The notes beneath the pieces were generated by a model that saw only the letters and a program-made list of their open reading frames with translations, had not been told where the DNA came from and made no database searches. A stretch of 24,074 nt of DNA from a virus (Duplodnaviria; Caudoviricetes), in IMG/VR virus record IMGVR_UViG_3300048008_000030, positions 1 to 24,074 of that record. One strand, written 5' to 3'. This document shows positions 6,864-16,179 of this stretch, in pieces. The first letter of the stretch is position 1. Every line of letters begins with the position of its first letter. The position numbers were made by a program, and so were the translations under genes.

Positions 6864-8723
6864 ATGACTCTTCAAAAACTTCAATTTAAACCTGGGTTTA
6901 TCCAAGATGTTACCGATTACACCAGTGAGGGTGGATGGCGAACAGGGGATAAAGTCCGGTTTACTCTGGGTTTTCCAGAAACAATCGGTGGATGGTCTCG
7001 GTTTACAACAGGAACTATGCTCGGGACGTGCCGAAATCTGCATGTATTCAGCACTCTTACTGGTACAAACTATGTTGGTGCGGGTACAAACTTAAAGCTT
7101 TACATCGTATCTGGTTCCGACCCAATAGATATTACGCCTATAAGACTTACTACTGCCGCAGGTGATGCAACGTTTGGTGCAACAAACGGGAGTGACGTAA
7201 TAACTGTTACAGACACCGCGCATGGTGCAATACTTAATGACTTTGTAACCTTTAGCGGAGCAGTATCTCTTGGTGGAACAATTACTGCTGCAGTATTAAA
7301 CAAAGAATATCAAATTACGTCAGTTCCTGACGCTAATACATACACGATTACGGCTTCTGTTAATGCAAATGGAAGTGACACAGGCAATGGTGGTAGCAGC
7401 GTTGTTGCAACATACCAAATCAACACGGGTTTGAACACGGTGGTTTCCGGATCTGGTTGGGGCGCGGGTTATTGGGGCCGTAGCACTTGGAGTTCCGCAG
7501 CCGATACTAGCGTTGCAGGCAGTCAGCTTCGGCTTTGGTCAATGGACAACTTTGGAGAAGATCTTCTTTCGAATGTCCGAGGCGGCGGCATCTATTACTG
7601 GGATTCCTCTAATGGCACAGGCGCACGGGCCGTGGACATTACCACTATTAGTGGCGCAACAAGCCCACCTCAAGTTGCCAATATTGTTCTTGTGTCTGAA
7701 AGAGATCGACATGCTTTGGCTTTCGGGTGTGATCCGCAGGCAGACGCAGGCAATCAAGACCCTTTGACTATCAGGTTCTCGAACCAAGGATCTGTATCAG
7801 ATTGGGCGGCTACCGCAACAAACACTGCGGGAGAACTTAGAATAGGCACAGGAACTGAAATTGTTGCTGCAGTACAAACCAAACAGCAAATTATTGTGAT
7901 CACAGATAGATCTGTATCTGCGATGCAGTTTATTGGAACTCCGTTTACTTTTGGTATTACGGAAGTTTCTACCAACACTTCTATCATTTCTCAGAACTCA
8001 GCTATAGCATTTGGTGATTTTGTTTTCTGGATGGGCGACAGGGTGTTCTATCAATACGATGGTAACGTGAAAATTATCCCATGCCCGATTCAAGAATATA
8101 TTTTTGACAATATAAACCTTGATCAACTGTCTAAAGTTGTAGCTGCCAACAACAGCAAGTTCAACGAGGTTTGGTGGTTTTATCCATCAAAAGGAAATCT
8201 CAACAACGATAGCTATGTAGTGTATAACTACGCGGATCAGACTTGGTACTTCGGAACGTTAGATAGAACTGCTTGGACCGAGCACGGAGTTTCTGGATTT
8301 CCTTTAGCCGCGTCTCCGGATGGTTATATTTATTCTCATGAAATTGGAATGTCTGACGGTAGCACTAACCCTCCTAGCCCAATCAACGGATACATTGAAT
8401 CTAGCAGCTTTGACATAGGTGAGGGCGACCAGTTTATGGCAATTCGTAGGATTATACCTGACGTTGGATTTAGGGCATCTACTGGAACTCCTACCGCAAC
8501 GTTTACATTAAACGCAAAAGATTATCCAGGGGGAGGAGTTGAGCAGACAGAAAGTGGATCAGCCACGCGCACTTCCTCAACACCTGTTGAGAAATTTACA
8601 AATCAAATCGACGTGCGTCTTCGTGGTAGGTCTGTGTCTTTGAAGGTCGAGTCAAACGAGGTTGGGACTCAGTGGAGATTAGGTTCACCACGGGTTGACA
8701 TACGACCAGATGGGAGACGATAA
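6864..8723 (+). CDS. Tail hub / DNA stabilisation protein (P22 gp10-like nozzle)
   Basis: N-terminus MTLQKLQFKPG..GGWRTGDKVRF..PETIGGW; beta-propeller-like strands (WSMDNFGEDL, IRFSNQ, EVWWFYPS, YVVYNY); C-terminal RGR..SLKVES..WRLG..RVDIRPDGRR; precedes ejection-type genes. Start moved from GTG 6834 to ATG 6864 (AGGGG upstream). Confidence 0.75.
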   Translation: MTLQKLQFKPGFIQDVTDYTSEGGWRTGDKVRFTLGFPETIGGWSRFTTGTMLGTCRNLHVFSTLTGTNYVGAGTNLKLYIVSGSDPIDITPIRLTTAAGDATFGATNGSDVITVTDTAHGAILNDFVTFSGAVSLGGTITAAVLNKEYQITSVPDANTYTITASVNANGSDTGNGGSSVVATYQINTGLNTVVSGSGWGAGYWGRSTWSSAADTSVAGSQLRLWSMDNFGEDLLSNVRGGGIYYWDSSNGTGARAVDITTISGATSPPQVANIVLVSERDRHALAFGCDPQADAGNQDPLTIRFSNQGSVSDWAATATNTAGELRIGTGTEIVAAVQTKQQIIVITDRSVSAMQFIGTPFTFGITEVSTNTSIISQNSAIAFGDFVFWMGDRVFYQYDGNVKIIPCPIQEYIFDNINLDQLSKVVAANNSKFNEVWWFYPSKGNLNNDSYVVYNYADQTWYFGTLDRTAWTEHGVSGFPLAASPDGYIYSHEIGMSDGSTNPPSPINGYIESSSFDIGEGDQFMAIRRIIPDVGFRASTGTPTATFTLNAKDYPGGGVEQTESGSATRTSSTPVEKFTNQIDVRLRGRSVSLKVESNEVGTQWRLGSPRVDIRPDGRR

Positions 8724-8977
8724 TGTCTACGACTAACATTACAATCCCGTATTTTGCAAAAGCTCCGGACTTATACAGCCCAGAGTACACTGCACAGGTA
8801 ACGCGCCAGTTCTCTTTGTTGGCGCAACAGCTAGTAAACCCCGGTCCTATACGGGCTGAGACCCTTAATTTATCAGGTCTTGGGGTATACGCAAACAACA
8901 CTGCAGCAAAAGCTGGCGGTTTGGTCGAAGATGATGTATATAAGACATCAACAGGTGAATTGAGGATAGTGGTATGA
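8723..8977 (+). CDS. Small putative virion protein (84 aa)
   Basis: TAATG-coupled to the hub gene; function inferred from position only. Confidence 0.7.
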   Translation: MSTTNITIPYFAKAPDLYSPEYTAQVTRQFSLLAQQLVNPGPIRAETLNLSGLGVYANNTAAKAGGLVEDDVYKTSTGELRIVV

Positions 8978-9126
8978 GTGATTCAGAAAGAACTCCCGAA
9001 GAAATTGAAGAGTTAAATAGACGTAGAGAAATGAGCGGGACTCCTGCAAAAGGCGATAAACCTGCGTCAAAAGACGTTACCGCCTCTGTTACGGGACCTG
9101 ATCCAATGGGTGGGGGTGTCTGGTAA
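8974..9126 (+). CDS. Small hypothetical protein (50 aa), absent from the ORF track
   Basis: MSDSERTPEEIEELNRRREMSGTPAKGDKPASKDVTASVTGPDPMGGGVW. GAGG RBS at 8962-8965; ATGA overlap upstream and TAATG overlap downstream; fills the gap exactly. Confidence 0.75.
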   Translation: MSDSERTPEEIEELNRRREMSGTPAKGDKPASKDVTASVTGPDPMGGGVW

Positions 9127-9902
9127 TGGGTCTCTTATCTTCGTTAGGTAGTCTTGTAGGAATGGCAGTTGGTGGTCCTGTAGGGGCCGCAGTTGGTGGT
9201 GGGATTGGAACCTTGGGAGAGGGCGGATCTTTATCAGATGCTCTTAGCTCTGGTATAGGTAACGCATTAACGGCAGGAACTTTAGGAAAAGCTGGATTAA
9301 TTGGTAACGCTCTTGGCGGCGGTGCAAGCGCAGCGACTCGAGGCGCAGGCATAGCTTCTTTGTTTGGCGGTTCTATGGGCGGCATGATGGGCGGTGCTCA
9401 ACCAATGAGTGCAATAGCAAGTGGTGCTATGGGTAACGCAGGCGGATACGGTCCTATGCAAGGCGGCATAGCTCAAAACTTAATGCAGGGCATTGGAATA
9501 ACAGACGCTAACGGGCAGACTAATCCTCTTATGGGCGGTATTATGCGTGAGATGTTGTATCAACAACGCAGACCACGGTTCGAGAATCTGATGTCCGACA
9601 CAGAAATGGCACAGTACAATACAGGGGAAAGACGCCCCGACTACAGAGGGACAGCGGTCCCAGGTACTCCTCGGGTTCAGACTCGAGCCATGGGTGGAAT
9701 GATCGAGGGCCCCGGATCAGGGACCAGTGACTCTATTCCCGCAACTATTTATCAGAACGGTGGCCCTGTCCAAGAGGCTCGTCTATCTGATGGTGAGTTC
9801 GTAATGACTGCAGATGCTGTTAAAGGCGCAGGCGGTGGAAATAGAGGCGCAGGCGCAGCTAAGATGTACGAACTTATGAACCAATTTGAACGGAGGGCTT
9901 AA
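9126..9902 (+). CDS. Putative internal virion / DNA ejection protein
   Basis: Gly/Ala-rich hydrophobic N-terminus typical of membrane-inserting pilot proteins; C-terminal GGMIEGPGSGTSDSIPA..RLSDGEFVMTADAV motif. Confidence 0.65.
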   Translation: MGLLSSLGSLVGMAVGGPVGAAVGGGIGTLGEGGSLSDALSSGIGNALTAGTLGKAGLIGNALGGGASAATRGAGIASLFGGSMGGMMGGAQPMSAIASGAMGNAGGYGPMQGGIAQNLMQGIGITDANGQTNPLMGGIMREMLYQQRRPRFENLMSDTEMAQYNTGERRPDYRGTAVPGTPRVQTRAMGGMIEGPGSGTSDSIPATIYQNGGPVQEARLSDGEFVMTADAVKGAGGGNRGAGAAKMYELMNQFERRA

Positions 9903-9905
9903 CTT

Positions 9906-11027
9906 ATGGCGACTGAAAACGAGTACATCACCAAGAGTATGAACCTCCTTCCTGAGTATCAGGAGATGTTTCTTAAAGATTTATTAGCAAACATTTACCA
10001 AACAGATGAAGACACAGGCGAGATATCTGGTATCGCGGCTGTAAGTCCATTGTATGGCGAAGCAGTTTTAGATGCAGAAGGCAATCCAATGTTCGAGGCT
10101 GCAGACGGCAGCGGTTTTACTTCGGATCCTTCATTAGCAAAGACAGATCAGTACGGTACTCCTATCGAAGGAACTCAAGGTGGCGTTGCTGCCCCTGACG
10201 TAATGCGTTTTACAGACGCACAGACGGATGCTATCCGTCGAATGACAGGTTACACTGACCCCGAAACAGGGGAAGTTGTTTATGAAAGCGGCCTTGGTGC
10301 ATACCAACCTTATTTAAACAAAGCAGAAGAAACCTACGACAAAGGTATAGCTTCTATTGCTGGTAGTACTGGTGCGTATGATCCTACTTCATATAAAGAA
10401 TTTTACGATCCATTCGTAGAAGACGTGATCGATGTAACTATGCAAGACATAGATCGAGCGGGTCAGATAGAAAACATGGATCAACGTGCTCAGTCTGTTG
10501 GTGCTGGAGCGTTTGGCGGGTCTCGTCAAGCCATCCAAGAATCCGAACTGCAGCGAAATATTATGGATCAGAAGGCGAGAACTGGTGCTCAACTTCGTTC
10601 TGCAGCATATACTGGTGCTCAGAACCAAGCTCAGTCTGCTTTCGAAAACCAAATGAAACGCGGTCAGAGTGCAGGTCAACTGTTCCAAGGTCTAGGAACT
10701 GGCATCGGAGCACTCGGGGAAGCAGCCCAAGGTCTAGGCATGACAGACATAAACTCGTTGTTTAATGTCGGTCAGCTTGAGCAAAACCAACTTCAAAAAG
10801 AATATGATGTACAACGTGCAGGTCAACTCGAGGAAGCATACGAGCCTTTCTCTAGGTTCTCCTACATGAGAGACATCCTGTCGGGTGTCCCATCAAGCGG
10901 CACTTCTTTGGCAGCGGCGGCTACACCACAAGCCAGCCCCATGAGCAACGTAATGGCAGGGGCAAACATATACGGTGGCGCACAAGGACAAGGAAACATT
11001 TTTGGCGGGTTAGGTAAACTCGTCTAA
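9906..11027 (+). CDS. Putative internal virion / DNA ejection protein
   Basis: GGAGG RBS; Q/A/G-rich helical sequence with FYDPFVEDVI and AGAFGGSRQAI motifs; glycine-rich C-terminus. Confidence 0.65.
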   Translation: MATENEYITKSMNLLPEYQEMFLKDLLANIYQTDEDTGEISGIAAVSPLYGEAVLDAEGNPMFEAADGSGFTSDPSLAKTDQYGTPIEGTQGGVAAPDVMRFTDAQTDAIRRMTGYTDPETGEVVYESGLGAYQPYLNKAEETYDKGIASIAGSTGAYDPTSYKEFYDPFVEDVIDVTMQDIDRAGQIENMDQRAQSVGAGAFGGSRQAIQESELQRNIMDQKARTGAQLRSAAYTGAQNQAQSAFENQMKRGQSAGQLFQGLGTGIGALGEAAQGLGMTDINSLFNVGQLEQNQLQKEYDVQRAGQLEEAYEPFSRFSYMRDILSGVPSSGTSLAAAATPQASPMSNVMAGANIYGGAQGQGNIFGGLGKLV

Positions 11028-11041
11028 GGCAGGGCATAAGC

Positions 11042-12064
11042 ATGGATAACGTATACAACCGCAGTCTATTCTCTAAGAACAACAGGCCTGCTCGACAAAA
11101 GTTGCAGAAGATGGGCGGGATTATGGCCTCATCTCCCGAGCTTATGCAAGCGGCACAGAGAGTTGGTAGTACACCTGATCAGAATATGGGTGGAGCAGGG
11201 GCTAGTAAAATGGCGAATCTTGGACCTCCGCCTATGCCTATGGCTCCTCCCATGCCTATGCCTAGCTCAGTTCAAATGCCAACTCCTCCTATGAAACCTA
11301 TGGCGTATGTCGAGGGCGGAGAAGTAGAGGCTGTAGACATTACAAAAACTCCGACAACATCTTTGAATAATCCAGGGTTTGCCACTGAGTTTGAGAAATA
11401 CTTAGGTACGACTCCTATGTTGGCAAACAAATTAGACAAGGCTTTTGATTCTAGAGAAGAAGCGGCGGCGGAAGCGGCAAAAACTAAAGATGCTATTGAC
11501 GCTGCAATCGCCACAGAAAATACAGAAAACATTGTTAACACGGTCTTAGATCAGGCAGGGATGCCTTTGAACGAGGACTCTAAGAAAGAGTTTGCTCGGT
11601 CCGTGTTCGGGATGGAAGATGTGAACGACATCGATGAGATAAATAAACGTATTGCAGACGTGGCTATCGGATCATCAATCGGCAAAGGCCCAGACGCTTT
11701 TGCAGAAGCAGTGATACTTGGTCTAGGTGAATACAAGAAAACTGCTACGGCCCGTGCCGCTGCTAAGTCAGGCGGAAAGTCAGGCATGTCACCTCTTGAG
11801 CCTTTCGCAGATGCGGTTCGTGATCTCGCAGGTAAACTTGTGGCTGCTCGAGGCGTTGATATTGATACTGCAATGCAGCAAGCCGCTGCAGCATTAGCTC
11901 CGTACTACGGTGCTGGTGGCGGTGTTCCGGTTACATCCCCGTCAGGTCCTAGCTTAGACGAGCGAAGAACATTGGTTGAGCAAGCTTTAAAACAACAGCC
12001 TGATAAACGAGAGTTGATTCTTAAACAAGCTGAACAAGATGGTGTTAACATCGAGGGGCTATAA
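11042..12064 (+). CDS. Putative internal virion protein with Pro/Met-rich linker
   Basis: 340-aa ORF between ejection-type genes; PPPMPMAPPMPMP tract; TAATG-coupled to the next gene. Confidence 0.6.
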   Translation: MDNVYNRSLFSKNNRPARQKLQKMGGIMASSPELMQAAQRVGSTPDQNMGGAGASKMANLGPPPMPMAPPMPMPSSVQMPTPPMKPMAYVEGGEVEAVDITKTPTTSLNNPGFATEFEKYLGTTPMLANKLDKAFDSREEAAAEAAKTKDAIDAAIATENTENIVNTVLDQAGMPLNEDSKKEFARSVFGMEDVNDIDEINKRIADVAIGSSIGKGPDAFAEAVILGLGEYKKTATARAAAKSGGKSGMSPLEPFADAVRDLAGKLVAARGVDIDTAMQQAAAALAPYYGAGGGVPVTSPSGPSLDERRTLVEQALKQQPDKRELILKQAEQDGVNIEGL

Positions 12065-15000
12065 TGGCTGATAATCCGTACCTAGACTTGGACAAGCCTA
12101 AAGAGACTGTCGAAGACTCCAACCCATACCTGCAAGCAGAAGACACTGGGCGCAATCGAGAGCAGTTCGGAGAAGGAACTATTGCCCGTGAGTTTGTCGA
12201 GGGTGTTGGCTCTGGTTTGATCGGCATCGGAGAAGGTGTCGTGGGCCTTGGAGCATTAGGCGTGGACCTCGTTGCAGGCACAGATTATGCGGATAACGTC
12301 ACAGAGACGGCTGAGTATCTTAGAGATGTAGCGGGTTTTGATCCCGAAGGCATCGTGGGTAAAGGCGCAGAAGTAATCACACAATTTGTCGTACCTGGGG
12401 TGGGTGTTGCTGGCAAAGTAGGCAAAGGGTTTATGAAAGCTAGACAACTTGCTGGTAAGACAGGAAAGCTTTCTAAGACTGAACGAACCAACCTAGCACT
12501 GAGAGAACTTGGTGCAGTTGCTGGGGTTGAGATGGCAGTGTCCGGAGACAACAGCACTACCATTGGGGATTGGGTCGAGATGGGTCCAACTCAAACTACA
12601 GACTTGATCGGGCTTGAGGGCACAGAAAAAAATCTGGCTCGAGTAGGTAACAGGCTTAAAGTTATGGCAGAAGCAGGGGTCATAGGCGGAACAATCCAAG
12701 CAGGCTTGTCCAAAGCGGGTAAGACTATTGGGGACGCGAAGGTTACAAAAGATGTAGCGGGTGCAACAAAACGTAAGATCGATGCTGCAGGCACTTATCT
12801 TGACGAACTGGTGGACAAACGAACCTTGAACGCGCCGGGCGATGACCTGTCTGGTCTAGAGAAAGGTATAGCTGAAGCAGTTATCTTTACTCGATACCGT
12901 GGAGCAACTCCTGCACAGATCGCAGAGAAACGTCTGTTGTTAGATGGTCAGATTAAACCTGAGTTAGACAAAGCCGGACGTATCTTTAACAATATTGAAG
13001 CTGACTTGGACAAAGTTATAAAGGCTATGCCGAGTGGTTCTACGTTGGATAAGACCGACACGCTAAACAAAGTCCTAGATTATATGCGGATCTCAGATCC
13101 TGCTGCAAAGAAAACTGCGTTTAACTCTTTGCCTAAAGAGATACGTCGAGACGCAGCTAAGATGCGTGATCATGTGGACACACTGAGCCAAGGCGTATTA
13201 GACAGTAAGTTTTTGAACGATAACAACTTCATGACTAAAGATGGTCGTATGATTAAAGACGTTATCCAAGATGGACTCGGCAGTTATGTTCGACGCAGAT
13301 ACAAAATATTTGAGGATGCGAACTACACTCCGGATGAAAAAACAATAAAGGTGGCTGACAATTACTTCCGTAAAAACAAGCGGTTAATTGGTAAAGAGCT
13401 AACTAGGTTGGCAAGAGCAGACGTTGACGATGTATTCAATGACCAGTTTTTAAGATCTAACGGCCTTGATCGTACAGGCACGGGGGATAAACAGATCATT
13501 ACTGTTCTGGGTCAGCCTACCGACACAGTCGTAAAGAAAGCCCGTGAAGGATACTTGAACAGGTACTCGTTGAAGAAGAACGAGAAGTTGAAGGGCGGCT
13601 TTGTTGCAAAAGACCGTTTGGATACAGGGATGTTTATCTCCAGGGAAAAGATTGCTCCGGCTCTACGTTCTCTTTTAGGAGAGGTCGATGATCCTCGAGC
13701 CGCTGTCCTTGGTACTGTGGCAGACTTGGCTCAGTTCAATGCTATCGACGATTACTTTGGCACTATTGCTAAGATGGCAGAGACAAACACAGGCATAGGA
13801 AAGTTCTTTCGTAACGGGAAAGATTTAAGTGAGGCTCAAAAGAAAGAGTTAACCCGCCGTGGATATATCAAACTAGGTGGGGATGATGGCGCAGCAAGTG
13901 TCCTCGGATCTACAGGTAAGAACGCTGACGCAGAAAAACTAATTGGTCGAACAGGTTGGGGTAGCTTGGACGGACACTACGTCCCCAAGCAAATCTATAA
14001 AGATCTTACTAATCAGGTGGCTGGCGAATCTAACTGGGGCGTGGAAATGCTGAAGGGTGGTTTAGGTGTTGCCCTTAAAGCCAAGGGTTTATCCCAGTAT
14101 TCCAAAACAGTTCTGTCTCCAATCACTCAAATTCGAAACTTCACAACCGCTGTTATGTTTGCAACGGCAAACGGGAACATGCCTGTGCTTGGTCGAGGAA
14201 GTAACTTCAAGGATTCTGCAACGGCAGTCTTCTCGGATATCTTTAACAAGGGCAGCGAGGCTGTGTTTGATGATCTAGCTGACGCTCAACGCAGAGGAAT
14301 CTTAGGAACAAATGCAGAGTTAAGGGAGATTCAAGACCAGTTAAGTAAAGGTATTGGGTACTCAAACTCCGCAGAAGTTCGTCCTAGAAACTTTATCGAG
14401 GCTGTCAGAGGTAAGACAACTGACAACAAATACGCAAAAGGTGTGGGTAAAGTAGCTTCTGGTTTTGAGAAAGCATATCAGGGATCAGACGATCTTTGGA
14501 AATACTTCTCGTACCATTCTGAGCAGGCTAAGATACGACACGCATTGGACGGAGTGTCCGAAGCAGACAAGATTAAGTATCTGACTAAGAACATGGATGA
14601 TGTTACTATCGAATCGCAACAAGCAATTCGAAATGGAACTGCTGATATTGATGAGTTGATCAAGACTCGCGCTGCACAGATCGTGCGAGACACTGTGCCA
14701 AACTATAACAAAGGTGCATCTGAGTTTATCAAGCTTGGACGAAAGCTGCCGTTTGGAAACTTCATCACGTTCCCTGCTGAAATGTATCGTACAAGTTTTA
14801 ATATTGTTCGCCAAAGTTTGGACGATATGGCTTCGGACATCCCTGCTATACAGGCTAGAGGTCGGCAACGTATGATTGGGTTTGCAACTACTACTGCAGT
14901 TGTTCCTGCCGCTGCGCTAGAAATGGCATACGCTGTGACAGACGTGACTCGAGAAGAGATGGAAGCGTTCAAGAGATCCTTTGGTGCACCTTGGATGAAA

Positions 15001-16179
15001 GGCGCAACTCTGATTCCAACAGGTCGAACAGAAGACGGGAAGATCAAGTACATCAATTACAGTACCTCGAATCCGTATGACGTGCTGTCTAGGTTTGCCA
15101 ACCGCGCTCTTACTGAAGCGGACGCTGCTATGGCAGAAGGAAAAGACCTTGATCAGTGGATCGTGGATGTAGGTATCGGAACGTTAGGCGAGGCGTTTGC
15201 TCCGTTCTTAGACGAAGCCATGCTAACAGACGCCCTTTTAGATATCTCTTACCGTGGTGGGCGCACATCTACAGGGGCTCAAGTATATAACCCCGAGGAC
15301 AATGGAGCTACCAAACTATTCAAGATGTCAGGTCATGTGGCGAACACAATGATTCCAAACGTTCTGGCTGTCGCGGATATATCTGGTGGTAAAATTGAGG
15401 CCAGCCGCGCAGTTCGCGGTCTTGTCGGAGACGGACTTGGCATCGATGCCATATCTTCTCAAGACAAAATGGGGCGTCAAAGAACTTGGAAGCAGGAGCT
15501 TGCGAGGTTGTCTACTGGTGTATCCGAGCAAGAGTTTGATCCAAAGCAAGGTCTTAGGTTTGCAGCCTACGGATTCCAACGGGGACAGACTGACGCGAAG
15601 CGGATGTTCAACAGCCTCACAGATGATTTCGGAGTGACTCCGGCACAACTGTTGAAGGGTTATCAAGACGCTAACGAAGCGAAGTATCGCAATGACCGTG
15701 GCTACTACCGTATGATTCAAGACCTTCGGACCATGGGCATCTCAGATTCTGAGATCCGTAGGACTCTTAAAGAGAACAACATCGGTGGTATTAAAGGTAT
15801 TATGAGAGGTGAGTTTGAGCCATTTAAAATTACGCCTGACACATATAAGAAGCTTCTAAGAGTAGATGCCCTGGATAGTTTGCCTCGAGACGCAATCCAA
15901 AATGTGCAGGACAACATGAGAAATCTTCCGCTTGATCCACAAGTTAAAGACAGACGTGAGATAAAACCTGTCGAGATTGCTCCTTCGGCTCCACAATCAA
16001 ACCCGTACTTGCAGGCTCCAAGCAACCCTGCTCCTGCAAATCCGTATTTAAATCTGGATCAGAGCAGTTTGCCACAAGCTCCAATACGGCAAGCCAGTAA
16101 CAGAGGTCCCATAAGTCCTGAGTTGTTAGGCGGCAATGCACAGGAACGTGCGGCTAACGCTTTCTTACAAGACAGTTAA
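12064..16179 (+). CDS. Large internal virion (ejectosome) protein, 1371 aa
   Basis: Last and largest gene of the structural block; helical composition, Gly-rich amphipathic N-region, KTVLSPITQIRNF and PFGNFITFPAEMYR motifs. No catalytic motif recognised. Confidence 0.7.
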   Translation: MADNPYLDLDKPKETVEDSNPYLQAEDTGRNREQFGEGTIAREFVEGVGSGLIGIGEGVVGLGALGVDLVAGTDYADNVTETAEYLRDVAGFDPEGIVGKGAEVITQFVVPGVGVAGKVGKGFMKARQLAGKTGKLSKTERTNLALRELGAVAGVEMAVSGDNSTTIGDWVEMGPTQTTDLIGLEGTEKNLARVGNRLKVMAEAGVIGGTIQAGLSKAGKTIGDAKVTKDVAGATKRKIDAAGTYLDELVDKRTLNAPGDDLSGLEKGIAEAVIFTRYRGATPAQIAEKRLLLDGQIKPELDKAGRIFNNIEADLDKVIKAMPSGSTLDKTDTLNKVLDYMRISDPAAKKTAFNSLPKEIRRDAAKMRDHVDTLSQGVLDSKFLNDNNFMTKDGRMIKDVIQDGLGSYVRRRYKIFEDANYTPDEKTIKVADNYFRKNKRLIGKELTRLARADVDDVFNDQFLRSNGLDRTGTGDKQIITVLGQPTDTVVKKAREGYLNRYSLKKNEKLKGGFVAKDRLDTGMFISREKIAPALRSLLGEVDDPRAAVLGTVADLAQFNAIDDYFGTIAKMAETNTGIGKFFRNGKDLSEAQKKELTRRGYIKLGGDDGAASVLGSTGKNADAEKLIGRTGWGSLDGHYVPKQIYKDLTNQVAGESNWGVEMLKGGLGVALKAKGLSQYSKTVLSPITQIRNFTTAVMFATANGNMPVLGRGSNFKDSATAVFSDIFNKGSEAVFDDLADAQRRGILGTNAELREIQDQLSKGIGYSNSAEVRPRNFIEAVRGKTTDNKYAKGVGKVASGFEKAYQGSDDLWKYFSYHSEQAKIRHALDGVSEADKIKYLTKNMDDVTIESQQAIRNGTADIDELIKTRAAQIVRDTVPNYNKGASEFIKLGRKLPFGNFITFPAEMYRTSFNIVRQSLDDMASDIPAIQARGRQRMIGFATTTAVVPAAALEMAYAVTDVTREEMEAFKRSFGAPWMKGATLIPTGRTEDGKIKYINYSTSNPYDVLSRFANRALTEADAAMAEGKDLDQWIVDVGIGTLGEAFAPFLDEAMLTDALLDISYRGGRTSTGAQVYNPEDNGATKLFKMSGHVANTMIPNVLAVADISGGKIEASRAVRGLVGDGLGIDAISSQDKMGRQRTWKQELARLSTGVSEQEFDPKQGLRFAAYGFQRGQTDAKRMFNSLTDDFGVTPAQLLKGYQDANEAKYRNDRGYYRMIQDLRTMGISDSEIRRTLKENNIGGIKGIMRGEFEPFKITPDTYKKLLRVDALDSLPRDAIQNVQDNMRNLPLDPQVKDRREIKPVEIAPSAPQSNPYLQAPSNPAPANPYLNLDQSSLPQAPIRQASNRGPISPELLGGNAQERAANAFLQDS

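Noticed and set aside
12045-16141. Numerous 60-130-aa alternative-frame and antisense ORFs inside the large virion gene (similar ones lie in pol, helicase and primase)
   Set aside because: No recognisable motifs or RBSs; expected by chance inside long genes.
12064-16179. Large protein as a virion RNA polymerase or lytic transglycosylase
   Set aside because: No DxDGD or T7-type polymerase motifs and no transglycosylase ES/GLMQ motif seen.
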